NCBI GenBank assembly: GCA_002633005.1
Contig: NMRA01000310.1
Location: 190,624 to 254,623, forward strand
Origin: Phoronis australis
Taxonomy: Eukaryota; Animalia; Phoronida
DNA length: 64,000 nucleotides
Direction: 5' to 3'
Shown one piece after another: positions 38,934 to 49,683 of the stretch (position 1 is the stretch's first letter; each line of letters begins with the position of its first letter). Made by a program: the position numbers and the translations under genes. A model generated the notes under the pieces. The model saw nothing but the letters and a program-made list of their open reading frames with translations. It ran no database searches and was not told where the DNA came from.

Positions 38934-41900
38934 GTAAGTGTACAACCTTTGATAATGATGGTGGTAAGACGGCCAGGAACCGTTCGAAGCTCATTATAAT
39001 TTCAGTCTGATACTCAGGGTCGCATTAGACTAGTTCGGTCAAGGACCACTTGAGTCTAATAGCTCCTGGTTTGCGATTGGTCTTAAACAGACCTCAGATA
39101 ACCTAGCAACGAAAGCTGGCCACCTGTCGTCTTTTCCCACCTCGTCGTGTTATTTGTTTAGAGTCGTTATACTATATTTCAATTTCGACCTAAGGCATTT
39201 AAAAATGACTTAGACCGGATATAGCACCCATGGCGGGTTCTAGGCTGGTCTCCAATAGGTTTTGCATATGTTCCTATCTCAATGAATTAATTACTAAAAA
39301 CACATATCTTTTCATGTAAACCTTAGTTCTTTTCGATCTCACACAAGGCACGAGTTGTTCATGAGGAAAAAAATACTGTTATGTCTATGGAGCATGAGAA
39401 AAGAATTCCAGCTCGTCATCTGATGATCTGGTGAATTTAATATTCTTTATTCATCAAATGTAAAGGTTACCACGAAAATCGAGCTAGGGACATCAGTCAT
39501 AAATACAATTTATGTCAGGTATAAATCAATCAATGAGAATTCACCATTCTTCTATCAATGTGTGACATAATTACCAGAGTAAGGTCAGTCAGTGGTGGAT
39601 ATTGCGGCAAAATTTCTCCAATTCGGAAGCGAAAATTAATTAATGCTCAATGCTGGAGTTTGTACTAAATTTTAGAAATAGGCGGTCCCAAATTCAAACA
39701 CCAGAAATACAGTAAAATTAATTGCCAAGTTTATATTTCAGACTCTAGTGATACAAAACGCAAAAATCGCACATTTCCTAATTTTCAGAATCAAGAAAGT
39801 TCAATTTCTGCTGGAATATCAGTGTCCCAAATTTTAGACACTGTCCCAACTTGGAGAAATTTACCGTAATCTGCTTAATGCTAGACATCATGATAAATGG
39901 AACATACCACAACAATGAATTACGCATGATTATAATGATTATATTGCTCAGGCATATTTCTCGCTTCTTCACGTGCATATTCAACCTTTAGGCACACATT
40001 ATTTACGTTTGTGTTGCGTTCGACAAGCGATAAGCGACTGTTTTCCGTCTTCATTTTCAGATGACTGCCACTGCTTTAACAGGTAAGTTTCCTATTTCTC
40101 TATGACGTTTTGGACCCAGTGTGACTGCATGTCTATTCTTATTTCCGGGTCCAAATTGCGTCATCTACTGCCATGACACGTCATCACTAAACATCCGACT
40201 TGCTGTTTCGAGGAAATGTTGTGCCGAGTAACAAGACAAGAGAATCTGGAATTAATAGCGAATTATTTATTTACTTTGACATGAATGAATTTGAATCGTT
40301 TGACCCTTTATGTTGTCGATTATGAAAACTGAAACTTTCATAACAATGAAGTGAAAAGCACCACAACAGCCCCGTAACGATGAAGGTCCTAGCAAAAAAT
40401 AATCATTAAAACTGCATTTAATGGGACATGATACGTTTTATGGCCGAAAAATGCATTTTTGGAATTACTGTTATTGTCATTGCAGGACGTAAATGACTTA
40501 TTGAAGTAGCTTTGACCAGCGCTACAAAATGGCAAAATCCGTTGTGGTTTATACTACTTAAGGCCTGTTCACACGTAGCGATTTGTCTGCATCGCGTAAT
40601 TGCAGGAAGGTGCAATTGCGTTGCAGTTGGACTACTTCCCAAGCATGGACAGGCTTTTGAAGTTGCAGTAACACAATTGCAGCTCGTCGCTCAACCGTCG
40701 AGAGGAGTCTACAACTGCAAAGGAGTGTTCACAGTTAGCGACGAGTCGTCGCTCGAAGACTCCGCTGCAGACAAGAAATCGCTAAGTGTGGACTGCAGGC
40801 CACAGATCTGAAGTTGGTCTAAAATTGTTCCTTCAGGCACATTAAAGGCAATTTCTGGGCTCGGAGCAGGCAATTCGTTATTGCTTGAGATCACTGCGGC
40901 TTTGTAAGTCAGCTTGTCACAAGGGATCATATTGCCGTGCACGGTCTCACGCGGTAACGATCAGACTGTTCTTTCTTATCCCAGAATGCACTTCTCATTT
41001 GAGTAAGAAGCAAGTTGAGGCCAGATTAACTGTTGCAAAAGTTAGTATTCTTATGTAACGAAGGTACTTTAAAATTGAATGTTTTCTACAATAAAACATT
41101 GTCATCCGCAGTTAAAAGGGTAGGTGTATACAAATGTCTTTCATGCAGACTGACAAAATGACTCAAAACTTTGTCTTTCAGTCACCGCCGAATGTGTGTC
41201 ACAAAACGCCATAAAGTTCGAGGTACAAAGAGCAGCAACTGGGGAGAGCTATGTACAAGCCGCTATCTATGACTCCATAAACACGACGACCGCCGCCGCA
41301 CAGACGGCTTGCTATGTCGACATCAGCGACGGAACAAAGAAATCCCTTTCAGCAGCCTTTGGAACATGTGAAACGCCGGTAAGACTTGTCGTTCACTTGA
41401 TCTAAAAAGTGTTAAGAGTGTACCACCAGCAAAGACATGGTCTCGTTAACTGCGAGCAATCGATCAGTAATCGATTTTCAAAATGATTCTTATCTATATT
41501 TTCTTTAGATTACATGGGTGTTGAAATCGTGCATGTTTATATTTTGTTATTCGTCGATGTTTCGTAAAAAAACGCCCCCAACTTTAAAAAGGCTTGGGGC
41601 GCAAAAGCTCGTCAAAATGTACTTTAAACAATTTCTGAGGAAAGTACCATCTCGCAACGTGTACTACAGAGTCATTCACTTTCCCTGGATTACATTTGTT
41701 TTAGGCCATAACAGAAGCACGAACTTTAAAATCAGTGCGTAACTAAATAACGACATAATTATCCAATGTTTCTGTTTAATACTTTAAACCATTCTCAAGG
41801 AAACAGTTCACATACGAAACAGGCGAAACGTTGGATAATTATGTCGGTATTTATTTAATCGTTAATTTTAAAGTTCACTTTTCCTTGTGAGGACATTTCC

Positions 41901-44900
41901 AAAGAAAATAACAAAATTTACGATTTTTGAAATACGGGAGATGGAAAAATCTGTTGTCACCACAGAATTTATAATCTCATTCCCATTTATGATAAATACT
42001 CACAGTCATTCGACAAATGGCTGACTGATAAGATTGATATTGACGGCAAACTACCATGTGTGATCGGACCCCGAAACTGAGGTCGGCATCACAGTATGAG
42101 GCATGCCACTAAAGCAAGAGAGGAGGCAGTGCGGCCTGGTTGATAAGTGCCCGCTTTCTTTACTCGAGGTCGTGGGTTCGAGTCCCACCAGGTCACACTG
42201 CTAAACCCGTGAGCCAGGTTTCTAGCTCCTCAGCTCGGTTTTAACCATATATTAATAAAGCATAAAAATATTTCCAGGTGATCAGTGCAATGGGCCCACA
42301 TGCGAGGCCTGCGCACGTCTGGTACAACGTGTATCAGACCGCCTGCAATTATTTTTTATTTAAAACAAGCAATTAAAAAAATAATTCCAAGTGCATTTTA
42401 TAATATCGTTGAATACTACGATACCTTTATAACTAATTTTAGCCAATGTAGGACTTACATCAATTACCTCTTAATCGGACTGACTTCTGCTTGAAGTTTC
42501 TTTTGTTTTGTTTAAATCAAAGTTTAAAAGTCACATTTTCCATATAAGAGATTTTTGATACGTCTATGTCTTGCCATACCAAATAAGGAAAATTCGACGA
42601 AGTGACGAGCAATTGATAGATGTTTTTTTCAAATTTCAAACTAAAAGAAAAATGCTTTTCGAAGTTTTCTCAGGGGTAGAAAAATGTCATTCACTTACCT
42701 GTACCGACCAGTTTTTCTGTCTAATCTGATAGTGTTCAAATAAATAGCTAAGAAAAATGAAGACATTGTCTTAATTCTTAATACAGTGTAAATACTTAAA
42801 ATGTGCGAATATGTCTAAAGAGCCTTTGTCCAACGCGGGAATAGTAAGAAGCAGGCCATATACTGCTGCAGTCAATGTTNNNNNNNNNNNNAGCGCCACC
42901 TGCAAATACGATGCAAATGGTAATCCAGTCATGACGGCTGCTGTATCTCTGACGTCAAATTCGTAAGTCAAAACGTAGACGCACAGTGTGGTCAAACGCA
43001 GTGGCGGATTTAGAGGGGGGCCAAGGGGGCCATTGCCCCCCCTAAAATTCTCCCAGTGGCAGTTGGGGGCTGCGAATGTTTGACGGGCAAAATCCTGGCT
43101 AATACTCTGCTGTGGCCCCCCTAACTCAAAATCCTGGATCCGCCCCTGAAACGCAATATGAAGTGCCAAAGGGTTCTAAAACGAATACCCTCTGTGCGTT
43201 CAGTGTGTTTCAGCGCGCGCTTTTGCTTAATCAATGCGTAGCACATGTATTAGTAATTCAACCAACAGAGATGGTTCTGTAACAAAAAGCCTTTCTGTGC
43301 TTATTCAATGCGCAGAATCAGTTTATATTGTCCAATCAAATCCATGCTCTAAAATCTCCAAATGGCGTGAAGACTTTCTGCAAGCGTGCGAAGCCAGTTT
43401 CGAAGATTGTTCAATTGAGTAAGTAAATGGTGAATCCTTCAACTTTGTACTGATGGTAAATTTGTTTGTGATTAGACATAACGAATAAATAATTCCGCGC
43501 GTTGAAGAAGCAGTTCTACGCGTTGATCAAGCAACTGTGCGCGATGAATAGCAGCAAAAAGATAATCGTTTAGAAGCGATTCAATGCTTCGAAAAAAATA
43601 ACAATTTTAGTGTGTTGATTAAGCAAGAGTGTGCTTTGAATAAGCACATTTCGCCGCGCAGAAATGTACTCTTTTACGAACCCTTTGGTAAGTCATAACG
43701 TAACTGCTAGTAATCATAATTGTAAGAGCGAATACAGACCTTTAGAGCATTCAGTCATTAACGTCGACATCCCGTGTATTGGCAAAAAGTCTACAACCGC
43801 AGATCGTGTTGAGTTTGGTTAAGGGAGGGATTTTGAGCGCGGTGTAAAGGAGGCTTTTTTGGATCTCGGCTAAAAATACCATCCAGAATCAGTGTGATGC
43901 ATCCCGGCGTTCGATATGGGGGGCTCGAATTCCCGACGTTGTGGACCATTTGCTAACCGGCAAAAGGGCGGGAGGACTAAAAAAAAACAGAGCACCTCTT
44001 TGAATTGCGTGTTTGCCCTTATTTAGTGGGCTTTTGTCCCATTTTCTCGGACCTTTTGTCTCTCGGGGGCTGACCTTTTTACCCACTTTGCCAATTGGGG
44101 GGGGCTCTTTCGAGACCCCCGAGCCCCCTGGGTGCGCGCATGTGATGGAGCGATAGTCAAACCAGTCTGAAATCTGGCAGAGGGCATTTCACTCACCACC
44201 CAATACATGTCGCGCCAGCACAGTTTCACACAAAAGGTGCTACATCAGACCGCTGATAGACCATTTCCTCAGTGTAGAAGGGGAGAGTTGTGATACCCGC
44301 AACATAAAGTTTTAACTGCGTACGTCCGGTTGAAATGTTCATAATTAGTGATATAACTCTCGACGTCACTGCTAATATTGATTAACTGCATTAGTTTTTA
44401 CCGTATGCTTTTTGACACATTTCAGAGTTGGAGGAACCCCAACTGACGTACCGGCCTCGCTTACAATCACCACGACAGCCGTAGATGCCGCTGGTGTGGC
44501 GGTCAGTGCCTGTACTGTAGGGGGCACTCCAAGCAATTTCTATCTGCTGTCGTCAGCTACTAAGGCCGGCTCCGGTAAAAATATCCCATTTACTTCTTTT
44601 CCGTTTCGAGTCCTCTAGCTCGATCCATATTCATTTTATTGTATTAATCTTCTTCACGGTCTATCTCTTTGTTCTTGTTCTTGTCTGTTCTTCTCTTCTG
44701 AATCCTTGTTCTCCTTTTTCGCCATCCTCAATTCCTTCTTCTTATTCTGTCCTTGTTCTATACGTATTAAAATTTCTTACCGTTATACTAACATCTGTGT
44801 GCTGTTCCTGGTCATAGGCTGTCATAAGTCACGTGACATCAGTAACTGGATTCTGTAACTTTAATATGCTCATCAGTTCTACGTTCCGTAGACGCGAAAA

Positions 44901-47900
44901 GCTCGCGAAAACACAAGATCACGCAAGATTTCACAAGATATTGCCATGTATGGGAAGCAACGCCTACCGAAACCCTCCCAGATTAGCAACACCAGGGTTG
45001 ACATATAGCTTGCACTTATGTAACGTAATCATTAAGCCGTCGGCGACCAATGACCTTATTGGCTGCCATTTTGTCAGTACGGACTAATAAGCTTCCGAGT
45101 ATACTTGGAAACACTTGCTTTTCACTCGCGTAATTTTGCGAAGTTTTGTGAGATCTTGCTTTTTTCTCAAGGAACAAGGTCAACGGAACGCTCTCCTACT
45201 TTACTGTTTATGTCGTTGGTGGGTCTGAACATGATATCAGAAGCAGCTCACTGACGTACATGTATAGCGTTACTCACAGCGTGAGTGTATGAACCATGCA
45301 GAAAAAATATCGCACCCATGCCCAGTTGTGACTGGCTATTTTGGTTGAACATGGAAAAATGTCGAACTTGCAAAGAGAGCGAAATAAAAAACGCAGAACC
45401 ATTTAGCAAGCCATAGAAAACATTCAGACATCGTTTGTCACGTGCCAACGCATGAACAATCTATTTGGGTATTTCCACCATCGACATTTTCTAGAGCTTC
45501 TTCATTCAACACGTGACTCGGGTGTCTGGGAATAACGACACCTGTGGACGAATTATATGTTCTTCTTTGATGTCGAATGATACTGAATTTTAAATTGGTA
45601 AGGTCTGTCAGTTGACCGACTCGAAAGCCGTAACATTTTTGTTCCTCGTTACAGTTGAGGGAATCTACATGGTATCCATGAGTTATATGAATTTTGCTCA
45701 GGCCGAACAAACTTTCATGACTGGCGGGTGAGTCCACAGAAATTGTACGAAATTAAATGACGTTTCCTCTCTACCTTGGTCCTAAAAGTTTAAGAGATTG
45801 ATTAAACTGATTTAGACCATTAACTGCTGCAAACTTGGTTTGAACGTGTTCCTTACTGAGAGTACAGTTCGTAGCTACTGCTCGGGGTCGTGCTTGGCGA
45901 ATAAAATGACTCGCCGTGACAAGTCAAGTTGTAGAACCTGGGTAGAGTTTAGTAACGCTATGCCCTCTCTAGGACCACGCTAGGACCGCTCTAGAAAAAC
46001 CACACTTCGCGAGATTGCGTGAGATATTGCCGTTTATTTCATAGGCCTATGAGAACTCGTGATTTTGGCTAGATTTTCAAGCCGCCAGACCGCGGCTACT
46101 GAACGCTACCTTGGTCTCAGGTAATAACGAACGGTCAGTTTTGTCCAAGCCCTGGAATGACATGAATGATTCTAGATCAATTTCATGAAGGCTGTCTGAA
46201 TCAAAAGTTGTTTTGTGACAGAGCGAGGGTTTATAACCCTTAAGTCTGACCAATTGGTCTCGACGTTTCCTTTACAGATATAGCAATTGGTTTCTACCCT
46301 CAATGCATTTGGAGGTCACGTGAGATTGATTTTGATTCCACCTCATTTTGGTAGGGTTGTTCAATCCTGTCTACCTGAGATAGCTTTTATGTGCCAACGC
46401 AATGATGATCTGTTTGGGTATGAAAAATATCTTCTATTCTGGGAAAATAGGTTGGTCACTGTCTCTCGATGACATGGTAAACATAGCGAAATCACTTACT
46501 GGGAGACTAAAATTGACAGGTGGTAGCAGACGTGTCAGCCTGGTCCGCCAGGCCATTGTCGGTGGCTGGAGTATCTGGTATGGGAAGATTTGAGACCTAT
46601 TTTGTGTAGTTAGGTACCCAGGAGTAGAACTTGCGTATTAGGCATAGCAGCGAGTAACGAGGAAACGTCATTTTAAATTGTATAATCCACGGCAAATTAA
46701 TCATTAGAATGTACGGTAGCTTGTTTTATAGTTGGCCACTTTTTGTATCCGGCGACGACCACGCCCTGTTGAGAGTGACGTGGTGACGCTTCGGTATAAA
46801 AGTAAATTACCCAAGAAATATCTGAAAATACGAAATGAAATGTTCAATTATATGGAACATGAGTACAGGATGGAGAGATGTGTTAAGAAAATTTTTCTGA
46901 CTAATGAACAATGCTAGCAGAACACCAGTTGACACCCACCAGTACTTCCGGAATGTCCGCGAACTGTAGGGTAGAGCGCACGTGGCAACATCAACAAAAA
47001 CTGCCATGATGACTATGCAATACACAATAGATGACACTGTGTTGCGTTTGCTTCTAGATGCACTACGGCTGGTCACGTATTCATTGGGGAAAATGTTGGC
47101 TCAAAGCCGTTCGTGGACGCCCCACCCGACCCAACCAAGGTGAAGGCACGCATCTCTCAACCTATTCAATGCTTCAGGCCGCACAACGTGGGAACTTTGA
47201 CGTTCAAACTGCAGGTCGGCGTGTGCACAGTAACGACGGACGCGAGATGTGCCACGAAGGTAAGAGACACGGTACCGTAGGTTGCCGACTTCCAAAAACG
47301 CCAGATGATGGAGATAGTCTATACCTTTATTTTGAATTCTGGAGTGTGGTATACTGCAGACACTAGACTTATCGACTTTCGTAAACCTATGGTTTACATA
47401 GCGATCTGATCATACAAGCCATTTCCCGTGAATAATTTGGAAATACGGCGTATAGGCTTTGACGTCATTAAAGTTAGGCTATAACTTTTTGGTAGAATGC
47501 TCACGTTTTTTGTTTTTGTTGAAACTGCAACGACTGACTTACAAAACAGCTAAGGCATAACAAACGCATTTGCTCTGCACTATTTTGGAGGCCTTTCATC
47601 GAGGTTGTAATTTTCTACGATGATAAATACAGGGGGTAAAGTCAACGTTTTTCCCAACGTTGAAAAATTGTCTTCCCGGAGTAATGGTTTGCCCACAGTA
47701 GGACTGCAATTATTGAAAGGTCTCATTTTTGTCTCCAGGTTAGATAGGTATAATGTTATTTCTGGTATCTACTTGGTTTAGCATCTAAAAAAAAGTTATG
47801 AACAGGGCTGCGTTCCAAAGGCGCAAAAATCGCGAAAACGCGAAGGCCGTGATCACACGTACTATTAGCTTTTCACCCGAGTTTCTTTTGTCTATTACGA

Positions 47901-49283
47901 TCCCAGTCCATATACCAGATCTTGGCTAGTTACAGCAAAAGGTTCTGCGAAGAGAATTTTGTCGACAATACTAAGAAATTTGTGGTAGACTAAATGAGTT
48001 TGTCGTCTTTGCAATGCATTCATTTTAACAGCTTTTGGGTTAAGGGATAAGGCAGTGCATGATCAAGGCTCACGTGCTCGTTTCAGGGTTGTCCCAACGA
48101 CGCACGTAAAAAGCGTGACGTCACGCATGGAACTATCAAATTATTCAACTCAACCGTCGTCATCACGCCTATCAGACCAGAGCAAGGTCAGTAACAATAT
48201 ACTGTCTAACCACTGTCGAGGTCACGTTTGAATTTCTAGTCATTGCTTGGATTTTACAAAGGTCCCCAGATTGACTATGAAATTACATCGCAGGTTTCTT
48301 ATTTATTTCGAGATCTCGAATCCTAGCTTTGTCGGAATCTTCAAAATAATTACGTAAGTGAGCATTTTGAGTAGCCGATATAATTAAGTCAGGATCTCGA
48401 GATAATTTAAAAATAAAAACGTACAATGTCCTTTCGCAGCTCCCGTACAATGGTACACGTGTGTGAAAAAAATCCAGTTTGCAAAAGAAGTCGAGATGAA
48501 GGACGTATTAAGCTGTCGTCATTTCTGCCCAATGCTAATAGTCGAACAAATGCAGTGTTCGCTGCAGTCTCAGTAGGAACTGTGCACTGAGGTATTGCAG
48601 ACACCGTAGTAAGTCACAGTTTTCATCAAAACTCGTCCAGTTCCTCAAGTAAACTAGTAGTACCTGTCGGTTTAACTCCTGGAGCGTTCGAAGACCATGA
48701 AAATGTGAACGCTTAAAAACGATGGTCAGTCACCATGTGGCGAGATCGTCTCATTCACTAGTCGGCTCACTTGACCTACGAGAACTTTCAGTGCCAAACA
48801 AAATCTGGAAACACGATATTTCGCGAGTCCGCTCAAAAAGTTCAACAAATGAACAATTTAAAAAGGGAAGCAATATGGAAGGATTTGAGAGGCATTTTGC
48901 GTTTCAGTCGGCAGTTACGGAGAAAATGTCCCTTCTTGGTATTGAAAACCGTTCCACGTTGTTGTTAGCCGAAAGGGACTTAGGCCTACCTCGGGCCCTA
49001 CCTCGTGACGAATAAAGCAGTGTTGACTAAAACATGGCCGCACCCACGATGTTGAGGTGCGCGCTGCTGTAAGACCACTGGGAAATAATTGTTTTTTGTT
49101 TTGTTTTCAGATTTGAACTCGGACAAGCTGTGTAGTGGCTACATAAGCAGCACTGTCTTCTACGCTGTTGTGATCGTGTTGGCCGTCCTCTTGGTTGTGA
49201 CAATAGGTGTCGCAGCTTTCTTTGGAGCGCGCGCTCGTCTTGTGGTGGTTCGCGAAGGAAAGGATAACCAGTCATACAGTTAA
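38892..49283 (+). CDS. ZP (zona pellucida) module type-I membrane protein; join(38892..38933,40061..40082,41182..41378,<42892..42962,44426..44574,45655..45727,47058..47259,48087..48186,49111..49283)
   Basis: Phase-consistent GT-AG exon chain. Signal peptide MEMVHYVILLLSLPMTATA; ZP-N with 4 Cys (AEC, TAC, GTC, ATCKY); ZP-C-like GGC...PF...IQCFR...LTF..QVGVC...C...GC; furin site RKKR; EHP-like TVVIT; TM VFYAVVIVLAVLLVVTIGVAAFFG; short tail. 342 aa are visible; the 5' part of exon 4 lies in an N gap. Confidence 0.85.
40061..40082 (+). CDS. ZP gene 22-nt micro-exon (signal peptide C-half)
   Basis: cttcattttcag|ATGACTGCCACTGCTTTAACAG|gtaagt; bridges phase 0 to phase 1 exactly as the flanking exons require. 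Confidence 0.8.
40562..40801. mobile_element. PIF/Harbinger-like MITE
   Basis: GGCCTGTTCACACGTAGCGATTT ... AAATCGCTAAGTGTGGACTGCAGGCC, preceded by TAA. Confidence 0.55.
41182..41378 (+). CDS. ZP gene exon 3 (ZP-N, Cys1-3)
   Basis: VTAECVSQNAIKFEV...TACYVDI...FGTCETP; acceptor ttgtctttcag|, donor CCG|GTAAGA. Confidence 0.85.
41721..41878. repeat. Imperfect palindrome
   Basis: gaactttaaaat...cgacataattatccaa versus ttggataattatgtcg...attttaaagttc. Confidence 0.65.
42120..42366 (+). mobile_element. tRNA-derived SINE, copy 1
   Basis: tRNA-like head with B box GGTTCGAGTCC (42175-42185), a body of about 240 nt and an AT-rich tail; homologous to 54118-54357 on -. Confidence 0.8.
42880..42891. other. 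Assembly gap (12 N) truncating ZP exon 4
   Basis: Coding sequence begins right after the Ns, with no compatible acceptor upstream. Confidence 0.95.
42892..42962 (+). CDS. ZP gene exon 4, visible 3' part (ZP-N Cys4)
   Basis: Directly after the N gap: SATCKYDANGNPVMTAAVSLTSN, donor TC|GTAAGT. Phase 2 matches the next exon. Confidence 0.75.
42999..43148 (-). mobile_element. MITE family A, TSD AAACG
   Basis: cagtggcggattt...ggatccgcccctg flanked by aaacg; reverse copy of 16629-16772. Confidence 0.8.
43168..43687. mobile_element. Fold-back MITE
   Basis: caaagggttctaaaa.. versus ..ttttacgaaccctttg, with inner inverted cttttgcttaatcaa / ttgattaagcaagag. Confidence 0.6.
43900..44142 (-). mobile_element. 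MITE family B, TSD TGATG
   Basis: Reverse homolog of 33154-33409, flanked by tgatg. Confidence 0.75.
44426..44574 (+). CDS. ZP gene exon 5 (linker and start of ZP-C)
   Basis: Acceptor catttcag|; VGGTPTDVPASLTITTTAVDAAGVAVSACTVGGTPSNFYLLSS...; donor G|GTAAAA. Confidence 0.8.
45655..45727 (+). CDS. ZP gene exon 6
   Basis: Acceptor ttcctcgttacag|; VEGIYMVSMSYMNFAQAEQTFMTG; donor GG|GTGAGT creates the conserved G-C across the junction. Confidence 0.8.
47058..47259 (+). CDS. ZP gene exon 7 (ZP-C core)
   Basis: Acceptor ttgcttctag|; CTTAGHVF...SQPIQCFRPHNVGTLTFKLQVGVCTVTTDARCATK; donor AAG|GTAAGA. The coding frame differs from the listed ORF at 47058. Confidence 0.85.
48087..48186 (+). CDS. ZP gene exon 8 (last ZP-C Cys, furin site, EHP)
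   Basis: Acceptor ctcgtttcag|; GCPNDARKKRDVTHGTIKLFNSTVVITPIRPEQ; donor G|GTCAGT. Confidence 0.85.
49111..49283 (+). CDS. ZP gene last exon (TM and cytoplasmic tail)
   Basis: Acceptor ttgttttcag|; DLNSDKLCSGYISSTVFYAVVIVLAVLLVVTIGVAAFFGARAR...SYS then TAA. Confidence 0.85.
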
Positions 49284-49677
49284 ACAACGTGGACAGTTCT
49301 GACTCACAGCCTGTATAAAGCCCCCATTTAGTGCTTAAAAGCCTATGTTATCTTACTTGGCACTAGCTTGGCCAATGAAGACTTTTGCGTGATATCCACT
49401 TCACGAATATTGTCTGTTGTCTACAGAGCTATGTGTATGACACCAACCGGTTTTTTAGTTTTCGTAGTATTCAAGTCAAGTAACACGCTATTCTTGTGTA
49501 GAGTTCATGGATATTTTGTTTAGGGACAAAAATAGCCTCAGCTATGTTTGGTGGCAACGGAAGTGATCACAACGGAAGTGATCACAACGTCTGTAAACGG
49601 GTCATGGTGTCATTTGCGCTAGAACAATTACTAAATTCATACTGCATCGTAGATATGTAACTGAATCGTTCAGATTA

Positions 49678-49683
49678 AATAAA
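49678..49683 (+). terminator. Candidate polyadenylation signal of the ZP gene
   Basis: AATAAA about 400 nt after the stop codon. Confidence 0.4.

Noticed and set aside
42120-42195. tRNA gene
   Set aside because: No convincing cloverleaf; it continues into a shared 240-nt body present twice, so it is a SINE head.
46348-47058. Selenocysteine UGA at the alternative exon junction
   Set aside because: The TGA falls at the Gly position before the conserved Cys, and no SECIS was identified.
47058-47366. Listed 102-aa ORF MHYGWS...
   Set aside because: Wrong frame; the ZP exon is read in another frame.
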